Part shown: piece by piece, positions 8,081-13,875 of the stretch
Numbering within the stretch: the first letter of the stretch is position 1
Layout of the letters: each line of letters begins with the position of its first letter
Assembly (NCBI GenBank): GCA_037381445.1
Contig: JARRQT010000066.1
Coordinates: 1 to 13,875 of the forward strand
Length of the DNA stretch: 13,875 bases
Reading direction: 5' to 3'
DNA from: Calditrichia bacterium
GTDB taxonomy: Bacteria; Calditrichota; Calditrichia; RBG-13-44-9
Notes under the pieces: model-generated
What the model was told of the DNA's origin: nothing
Database searches by the model: none
Seen by the model: only the letters and a program-made list of their open reading frames with translations
Made by a program: the position numbers and the translations under genes

Positions 8081-8779
8081 TTACTCTCCCTCTTTCTCCT
8101 CCCTGTTCTCTTTCTGCTGATAGCGTAAATGAATTTTTCCGGGATTTTTGACAATAATCCACAGGAAAATGGCAACCGGCAAGATGAGAAGCAGAGTTAG
8201 CAGAATATTCGAGAGTACCGCTGCCGGGAAAAACAGGCCGGTGATCAGAATTCCTGTTAAGGCCCCGCCCAAATGGGCCTCGTGCCCGATGTTCCCGGCC
8301 TGCTTCCCGATTCCGTATACCGAAATCAACACAAAAATTATGGCGAAGAGCCAGGTGGGTAATCCGATGGGAACCGGGAAAACCATGATGCGCCCTTCGG
8401 GAAACAACAATACGGAGGCGAAGATAACCCCGGAGATGGCTCCCGATGCGCCGGCGGCCCGATAACGCGGGTGCCGCCTGTGAATGAACAGCGCCAGAAA
8501 ATCACCGCCCAGTGCGCTCCCGAAAAAGAGCAGCAGTAAAAATAATCCTCCGGTAAATTTTTCAATATAAATGGCGAAGGAGTAAAAGCTGAACATATTG
8601 AAGAAAAGATGAACGTAATCCACATGCAGAAATATGGAAGTGATAAACCGATCACATTGACGCTGGCGGATGATGCCGTCCACAGAAAAGGCGTAACGGT
8701 TAAAGAATTGCACATTGCGAAACCCAATCAGTGAAACGCCGATATTTACCACAATCAAAAGCAGCGAAACGAGTGACAT
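8081..8779 (-). CDS. Rhomboid family intramembrane serine protease
   Basis: 232 aa with multiple TM segments, FLH...HLFFNM, catalytic GASG and HEAHLGG. Confidence 0.92.
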   Translation of the reverse strand: MSLVSLLLIVVNIGVSLIGFRNVQFFNRYAFSVDGIIRQRQCDRFITSIFLHVDYVHLFFNMFSFYSFAIYIEKFTGGLFLLLLFFGSALGGDFLALFIHRRHPRYRAAGASGAISGVIFASVLLFPEGRIMVFPVPIGLPTWLFAIIFVLISVYGIGKQAGNIGHEAHLGGALTGILITGLFFPAAVLSNILLTLLLILPVAIFLWIIVKNPGKIHLRYQQKENREEKEGE

Positions 8780-9031
8780 ATTCTATCCCGTCATTGGTTT
8801 GACAATTCAGCCTGTCCACAGGCAATCCCATCATCGACATCCGAAAATCGGCTTTTAAATCGGGATGGCGAAGCCCCATTTGTGCCGGAGAGTTACACCG
8901 GCTACCAGCTTAAAACATACTCCCCCAATAATTTAAATCAAAATAAAAGGCTTGATTCCCGCTTAATTTTTTTGCCTGAATTTATTCCTCCAAAATCGGA
9001 GGGTAACAATTCCGCCCGAAATGAAATTTCC

Positions 9032-9526
9032 CTATTTCCCCAAGTGGAAGCTGCTTTCAATAAACCGAACAATCTCATCCGGTCTTTGGGCGGCATCGGC
9101 AACCAGCACATGATGCGGTTCCTCAAGGGCCTCAAACTGGCTCTTCAGCATCTCTTCCTTCATAAAATGATGCGTGCGATTTTTCATCCTTTCCAGAATT
9201 AATTCGTAACTCCCATGCAAATAAACAAATTTCACCTTTCCGGGATTGCCGTTTTGAAGATGGCTGCGATAAGACTTTTTCAAGGCAGAGCAGGTGAAGA
9301 CTCCGCATTTTTCATCCTTCAACAATTTTGCGATCTGACTGCGAAGCGCATCGAGCCACGGTTCACGATCCTCATCCGTCAAAGGAATATCATTTTTCAT
9401 TTTCTCGATATTCGCCTTGGGATGAAAATCGTCGCCTTCGTAGAAAGGCCAGTTCAGTTCCTCGGCCAACCTCTGTCCAATTGTTGTCTTTCCGGAACCG
9501 GATACTCCCATTATTATCACAATCAT
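9032..9526 (-). CDS. gntK: Gluconokinase (GntK/IdnK type)
   Basis: P-loop MGVSGSGKTT, EGDDFHP..NIEKM..PLTDEDREPWL, CSALKKSYR, HFM...MLKSQFEALEEP. ATG 9526 has SD GGAGG. Confidence 0.93.
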   Translation of the reverse strand: MIVIIMGVSGSGKTTIGQRLAEELNWPFYEGDDFHPKANIEKMKNDIPLTDEDREPWLDALRSQIAKLLKDEKCGVFTCSALKKSYRSHLQNGNPGKVKFVYLHGSYELILERMKNRTHHFMKEEMLKSQFEALEEPHHVLVADAAQRPDEIVRFIESSFHLGK

Positions 9527-9614
9527 TCTCCCTCCCACGTATCAATCTATTTTATCAACGACAACCAACAGGATGATTGTTCCTCCATCATCTGCAGTTT
9601 TCTGAAAGTATAAT

Positions 9615-9935
9615 TCAGGAATCTTGAAGCACCTCGATGAAGGCGGTATTATCAATAATAAATGCAACCATGACCCCCGGCCAGGGGCTATTGGGTTCAA
9701 GAGCGATTTCCTTCCCTTCCGGTTCTTATTCCGGTTCATCAACCTGAGTAGCCATGAAATGAACAGTTTGTACCGCCAAGGGAAGAGGTCTTCCGGCCCA
9801 AAACGCACCCATTTAACACTACAGGAACTCGTTTCATAATTGGACACATACATTCTGAATTATTCCCGATATTGTTCATCTTCCCAAGGGTGCCGAGGTG
9901 GGAATCCCAAGACGGTAATATGTCCTCAATTTCAT
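9615..9935 (-). pseudogene. Degraded small VOC/glyoxalase-like protein gene
   Basis: Three consecutive frames join into one ~105 aa protein: MKLRTYYRLGIPTSAPL / EDEQYRE*FRMYVSNYETSSCSVKWVRFGPED / PLPLAVQTVHFMATQVDEPE*EPEGKEIALEPNSPWPGVMVAFIIDNTAFIEVLQDS*. Two frameshifts and two TAA (9862-9860, 9728-9726). The family assignment is from recalled similarity to YHHxGIPT...VAF..D.GAPIE proteins. Confidence 0.7.
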
Positions 9936-10012
9936 GCTCACTGTAATTTTTTGTTTATCAAAGATAAACAGGTTTGTTATCAATTATTCGGGTATAATCC
10001 AATCATGAGGCG

Positions 10013-10900
10013 CTATCCACCCAGGTATTCGCGAAAAGGATTTTTAATGACGATCCTGCCGCACTGCACGTCTGATAGTCCTGCATAAAGTTCCGACCAG
10101 TGATCGTCCAGGGCCCGCAATCCGCCGCTGTATAAAACATCATCCAGTTCCGGCGACCGCTTCGCCTCCCCTTTGGGAAAATCGCTTCGTCTGGCCACAA
10201 TTTTCAGCGGCGAGGCTTTCATCAGGATATACTCAAAACTGAACACGGCCGAATAATAATGTTTAAGAAGCCTGCCCTCTTTGTCGTATGAAAAGGATGC
10301 TTTGTGCCCCAATACACCCACCAGCCCCTCCCGGAGCAGATGCACTTCGTTGGCTCCTCCCCACTCCTCTTCGCCAAACTGCCTAGGAATCAATTCGGCA
10401 CCGAGCCATTTCGTTTCGTTCAATTTTTCGAGGGAGTCAATCACCGTAAATCCGATCTTTCCCCGTCCGCCAATTTCCCCCTGCGGACGGGTAAATAATC
10501 CGACCCGATGATCATGAAGTTCGACCAGCCTGATGTCTTTCATTCCTAACGGACCTTCGGCAAATTTTTTCAGATGCAGCAGATCGGCCCCCTTATAAAA
10601 TTCGGTCCTCCAGGAATTATTTTCCACCGGAAATCGAACCCCGCCGAACACAATTTCCTGACCAATGCGGCATATGAAAGGGTCCTGCAAAGGAAAACCG
10701 GGTGTGCCGGAATCGTGCTGCCACACGCCATTTTCTTCTCTGAAAAACAAGGTCTGCGTATCCATTTCAGAGGCACGTGATTCCACCCGGGCGGCAAGGA
10801 ATTTTATACCGCGATCTAAAAAAGGAGCCGTGGGATTGTATACATCCTTATTTTCCGCTTCCTTTCCGCCAAATTTCAAAATCGAAGGATTTTCGTTCAT
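10013..10900 (-). CDS. DUF1861/MTP-1 family five-bladed beta-propeller protein (GT108/GH130-related mannoside phosphorylase-like)
   Basis: Motifs KDVYNPTAPF, ARVESR, LQDPF, GPLGMKDIRLVEL, FTRPQG..GGRGKIGF, EEWGGANE, GVLGH, LDDVLYSGGL, YAGLSD. The likely start is ATG 10900 (MNENPSILKF), giving 295 aa. Confidence 0.85.
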   Translation of the reverse strand: MNENPSILKFGGKEAENKDVYNPTAPFLDRGIKFLAARVESRASEMDTQTLFFREENGVWQHDSGTPGFPLQDPFICRIGQEIVFGGVRFPVENNSWRTEFYKGADLLHLKKFAEGPLGMKDIRLVELHDHRVGLFTRPQGEIGGRGKIGFTVIDSLEKLNETKWLGAELIPRQFGEEEWGGANEVHLLREGLVGVLGHKASFSYDKEGRLLKHYYSAVFSFEYILMKASPLKIVARRSDFPKGEAKRSPELDDVLYSGGLRALDDHWSELYAGLSDVQCGRIVIKNPFREYLGG

Positions 10901-11220
10901 TTTGTTTACCCTTTTTTCGAGTGCCTGAAAGCCAATTAAAATATGACATTTTGGGAATAATCGCCCCGTCCCGAGCCATAGCATACTGCCTAAAATACAC
11001 ATAAGGATTCAAGAAAGCCAACATTCCCGGAATCTTCGAAATATTCTTTTTAAAACCGGTTCATGAATTGATAGAGTTTTCACGAAAATTGACAGAAGTG
11101 AGAGGTAACAGGCAAAAAACAGGAGAGCCTTGCTGGAACCATAACATCATCATATCCTCTGCACAACAGGTTTTGCGAAAAGGGTAGGTGTAAATGATTA
11201 TATAATCTGAGAAAAACAAT

Positions 11221-11249
11221 TTGACAAAATCGAGCCATTTACTTATTTT
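11221..11249 (+). promoter_or_regulatory. Sigma70-type promoter of the cupin gene
   Basis: Perfect TTGACA (11221-11226), 17 bp spacer, TATTTT (11244-11249). Confidence 0.6.
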
Positions 11250-11283
11250 GCGTTCAGGTATTCATGAAATAAAAGGAGTATTT

Positions 11284-11634
11284 ATGGCCTCTTATATGCG
11301 TTCTTCCTGGAAAAAAACCGACAAAAAATCACTGGATCCCAAGTTAACCCAACAGGTTTTTTCAACGGGTAGTGTTATGCTGGTCCGATACGTGTATGAA
11401 CCCGGGCTGCATTTCCCTGAGCATACCCATCCGCAGGAGCAGGTTACCATGGTGGAATCCGGGACACTTGAATTTGATATTGACGGAGAATCAATAACTC
11501 TGGAAGAAGGTGATATTTGCGCGATTCCGCCCAATGTGCCCCATGCCACCGTAGTCGGAAATGAACGGGCGGTTGCCATCAGTATTTTCACGCCCGTGCG
11601 AGAGGATGTCATTATCCAGCCAGAGAAAGCCTGA
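11284..11634 (+). CDS. Cupin_2 domain protein
   Basis: 116 aa from ATG 11284 (SD AAGGAG); metal motifs PEHTHPQEQ...G and GD...IPPNVPH; ends with FTPVRED. Confidence 0.9.
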   Translation: MASYMRSSWKKTDKKSLDPKLTQQVFSTGSVMLVRYVYEPGLHFPEHTHPQEQVTMVESGTLEFDIDGESITLEEGDICAIPPNVPHATVVGNERAVAISIFTPVREDVIIQPEKA

Positions 11635-11802
11635 AGCTCCGGCTGTCTGTCTGATTCATAATTATTTGGTACAATTTGATTGATTTGGGCTGTGCGAGAA
11701 ATTAGAGAAAGTCACTTCATTTGGGTATGGATGACCAGCTCCGGAGGCCATGATTTAGAATATTACCAAGTTCTGTTTTCATAACGGTAAAATTAGCCGG
11801 GA

Positions 11803-12132
11803 TCAAAATTCTCTGGTTTCCGACAACTGCACAAACAGCGCATTTTCTTTTAATAAAATCTTATAGGTTCTTACCCGCGCCCAGTAGGCATCCAGGCTCT
11901 GGCCGGTTTCCAGGTCAAACCGCCATCCGTGCCAGATGCAGGTGAGGATATTCCCCTTGACCTCTCCTTCGTCCAGAAAGGCGCCGGCATGGGGACAACG
12001 GTTTTCAACAGCAAAATAACCGCTGTCGGTCTTAAAAATCACGATTTGCTCATTGTCATTCAGATTAAAAACAAATGGTTCTCCGGATGACAACTCGCTG
12101 GTTTTGCAGACATAGAGTTCATTCAAAGCCAT
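11803..12132 (-). CDS. Rieske [2Fe-2S] ferredoxin (NirD/dioxygenase-ferredoxin-like)
   Basis: 109 aa with NRCPHAG and CIWHGWRFDLETG; starts 14 bp after the asparaginase stop. Confidence 0.92.
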   Translation of the reverse strand: MALNELYVCKTSELSSGEPFVFNLNDNEQIVIFKTDSGYFAVENRCPHAGAFLDEGEVKGNILTCIWHGWRFDLETGQSLDAYWARVRTYKILLKENALFVQLSETREF

Positions 12133-12146
12133 TTTAATTCGCTCAA

Positions 12147-13154
12147 TTAGTAATTTTCCGGAAGGGTGATCTCGCCGGCGATGGACTGCAGTAATTTTTG
12201 TCTGACGGTATCATAATTTTCCGGATATTGACCCGCCAGATACATGGATTTGATGATGGTGGCCGCGCCGGTCATGTCCCCTGCGCCAATCGCGCCGGCG
12301 TCGCTCATCATTTTCCCGCATTCATAGAGGCTCAAATCAACCCGCCCGTATGGACTCTGTGAATTGACAACAATTAATTTGTTAGCGCGATTCATTTTTT
12401 CAATCCAGGGAATCACGGAGTTTTCCTGTATGGCCAGATTACCAACTCCCAATGCTTCGATGACCACTATTTTGATGGGAGAATCAACCAGGTATTCCAG
12501 GGTATCCGGTGAAATGCCCGGATGAAAGCGAAAACTGATTACCCTGTTGTCGAATTGATCGGAATAAAAGAGTTCCTTTCCCGATACTAACATATTTCTG
12601 GATAATGAAATATCGAGACCAACCTCTGCCAGCGGCGGGAAATTGGGACTGGCAAAGGCGTCATAGTGGGTGCTGGAAATTTTTATGGTGCGATTGCCGC
12701 GGTAGAGATGCGTTCCGAAAAATATCGCGACCTCAGGTATGGCATATGTGGCAAGCTCCAGCGAATTGATCAGGTTGCTGCGCGCATCACTGCGGATCTG
12801 GGCCAGCGGACGCTGAGAGCCGGTGAGGATAATTGGCTTGTTCAATCCCCGGAACATAAATGACAATGCGGCGGCTGTATATACCATGGCATCCGTACCG
12901 TGAATAACCACGAAGCCATCATACTTTTCATAATTTTGATGAATAATCTGCCCGAGCTTCTGCCAGTGATGAATCTGAATATTGGCGCTGTCGATATTGA
13001 AAGCGACCTCAAAATCCACACGGGCAATCTTCTCCACTTCCGGGAGGTGCTCCAGAATAAGATTCTGGATGTCCGCCGGCGCCAGAACTTTGGACGGCTC
13101 GGCCGGCATCATTCCAAAAGTGCCGCCGGTATGTATCAATAAGATTTTTTTCAT
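12147..13154 (-). CDS. ansA: Type I (cytoplasmic) L-asparaginase
   Basis: 335 aa with HTGGTFGM, IDSAN, HGTDAM, KPIILTGSQRP, RGNRTIK, AFASPN; no signal peptide. Confidence 0.92.
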   Translation of the reverse strand: MKKILLIHTGGTFGMMPAEPSKVLAPADIQNLILEHLPEVEKIARVDFEVAFNIDSANIQIHHWQKLGQIIHQNYEKYDGFVVIHGTDAMVYTAAALSFMFRGLNKPIILTGSQRPLAQIRSDARSNLINSLELATYAIPEVAIFFGTHLYRGNRTIKISSTHYDAFASPNFPPLAEVGLDISLSRNMLVSGKELFYSDQFDNRVISFRFHPGISPDTLEYLVDSPIKIVVIEALGVGNLAIQENSVIPWIEKMNRANKLIVVNSQSPYGRVDLSLYECGKMMSDAGAIGAGDMTGAATIIKSMYLAGQYPENYDTVRQKLLQSIAGEITLPENY

Positions 13155-13226
13155 ATCCGGTTATTCTCCGCTGACCTGAAAAAATTAAGACAAAACCGGA
13201 CGAAAAATCCACCCATTTGAAAAATA

Positions 13227-13416
13227 ATGAGCAGAACGTCAGGCGAGTGATTTCGATCACTTCTAATCACATTTTCGTGATTACTTTAATGCCCGGTGAA
13301 TGAAAAATTTTAGAGGATAAATCCCCGGTCGCTCTCAGAAATTTAGTTAAACTTTAAAGAATGGCCGGGGAGTATCCTCGCCGACTTAAATACAGAGGGC
13401 CTGCGGGCCCTTTTTT
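13227..13416 (+). ncRNA. Candidate structured non-coding RNA (family not recognised); 5' end approximate
   Basis: Closing helix GTC-A-GGCGAG (13238-13247)/CTCGCC-GAC (13377-13385) encloses two short hairpins and one long hairpin, followed by an intrinsic terminator. No plausible + strand CDS lies upstream of that terminator. Confidence 0.55.
13394..13416 (+). terminator. Intrinsic terminator
   Basis: Stem AGGGCC (13396-13401), loop TGCG, GGCCCT (13406-13411), T6 tract 13411-13416. Confidence 0.8.
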
Positions 13417-13458
13417 CGGAATTCTCTCCTTCCGGCAGGCCATAATTAAATTTACCGC

Positions 13459-13485
13459 TAAAGATAATATTTGCCCTGACGAAGA
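13459..13485 (+). promoter_or_regulatory. Candidate sigma28 (FliA/SigD)-type promoter
   Basis: TAAA (13459-13462), 15 bp spacer, GACGAAGA (13478-13485), versus consensus TAAA-N15-GCCGATAA; 23 bp upstream of ATG 13509. Confidence 0.4.
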
Positions 13486-13521
13486 TTTAAGAACCAAGGA
13501 AGGAGAAAATGAACCCTGAAG

Positions 13522-13698
13522 GTGGATATCAGCCAGTCACATATTCAAAGAGCCAGCCAGGACATGTTCCGGGTCATTCAGCAAAGCCAGCAGATCAGCC
13601 AGGAAATGGCTGACAAGATGATTCGTCTGTCTATTGAACAACAGCTTTCCCGACAGAAAGATCAATTGGTGGATAATCTGATTGACGTGTATATATAG
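13522..13698 (+). CDS. Small Gln-rich protein with a YjfB/motility-protein-like C-terminus; start ambiguous, possibly frameshifted from ATG 13509
   Basis: GTG 13522: MDISQSHIQRASQDMFRVIQQSQQISQEMADKMIRLSIEQQLSRQKDQLVDNLIDVYI* (58 aa, below the track cutoff). The strong SD AGGAAGGAG sits before ATG 13509, which is one base out of frame. Confidence 0.55.
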   Translation: MDISQSHIQRASQDMFRVIQQSQQISQEMADKMIRLSIEQQLSRQKDQLVDNLIDVYI

Positions 13699-13769
13699 GT
13701 TTTATACCAACTCCAAGGATGGAGAAGGGTCCGGTTTTCGTATTGCTGTCGATTCAAATATGAATCATT

Positions 13770-13874
13770 TCAGGGTGCATTCCGAAATTCTTTAATCGCC
13801 CATCCGGCCGCACCGCTGGCCGCCGCCAGGACCGCAATGATGGCATAAACAAGGTTTATGGGATTATTTTCGGA
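13770..13874 (-). CDS. C-terminal end of a probable membrane protein entering from the right edge
   Basis: ...SENNPINLVYAIIAVLAAASGAAGWAIKEFRNAP* (TGA 13772-13770): a hydrophobic helix followed by basic residues, in GC-richer coding-like sequence. Confidence 0.55.
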   Translation of the reverse strand, partial: SENNPINLVYAIIAVLAAASGAAGWAIKEFRNAP

Positions 13875-13875
13875 T

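Noticed and set aside
10901..11283. Long N-terminal extensions in the track (11002 start for the MTP-like gene, 11221 for the cupin; likewise 7130 for pheA)
   Set aside because: The downstream ATGs have SDs and coincide with the start of family similarity; the 11221 and 7130 starts fall inside predicted promoter elements.
13227..13250. ATG...TGA mini-ORF MSRTSGE as an attenuator leader peptide
   Set aside because: No SD, no run of regulatory codons and no biosynthetic gene downstream.
912..13260. Numerous 60-130 aa ORFs overlapping or antisense to the main genes (e.g. 2370-2633, 5851-6219, 8338-8727, 9215-9613, 11292-11612, 13009-13260)
   Set aside because: No recognisable motifs or SDs, and they overlap well-supported genes or structured non-coding sequence.
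13291..13400. Resemblance of the candidate RNA to SAM-I (GCCCGGTGAA), ZTP/pfl (CCGGGGAG...GCCGAC...GGGC) or pistol (TTAAATA) motifs
   Set aside because: Only isolated words match. Other required elements (SAM-I AUC/GCAACC, pfl GACUGGCG and CGCCUGGGC, pistol pseudoknot) are missing.
13476..13508. CTGACGA...GAAA as a hammerhead ribozyme core
   Set aside because: No stem II can form between the two motifs and no supporting stems I/III were seen.
13514..13519. CCC-TGA as a programmed +1 frameshift site for the small ORF
   Set aside because: It is not in the reading frame of ATG 13509 (ATG AAC CCT GAA), so the classic shifty-stop mechanism does not apply.
1..13875. CRISPR array, tRNA, rRNA or tandem repeat arrays
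   Set aside because: No regularly spaced direct repeats or cloverleaf/rRNA signatures were found on reading the intergenic regions by eye.

Overview
Bacterial chromosomal window from a diderm organism. FadL, a lipoprotein SGNH lipase and a Bacteroidota-style PheA suggest an FCB-group or Calditrichota-like host (inference). In order: the 5' part of an exported multiheme cytochrome c (minus strand, runs off the window, absent from the ORF track); a divergent fadL + SGNH/GDSL lipoprotein operon with promoter, candidate operators and terminator; a small orphan ORF; a secreted TPR protein; an internally deleted IS256-family remnant that keeps both inverted repeats; pheA; a minus-strand run of DUF1861/MTP-like protein, VOC-like pseudogene, gluconokinase and rhomboid protease; a cupin; and a type I asparaginase + Rieske ferredoxin pair. 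The right end holds the most unusual feature: a ~190 nt multi-stem non-coding region ending in an intrinsic terminator (candidate ncRNA, not matched to any family I know). It is followed by a sigma28-like promoter and a small Gln-rich ORF whose best start codon is out of frame. No CRISPR array, tRNA or rRNA was seen.
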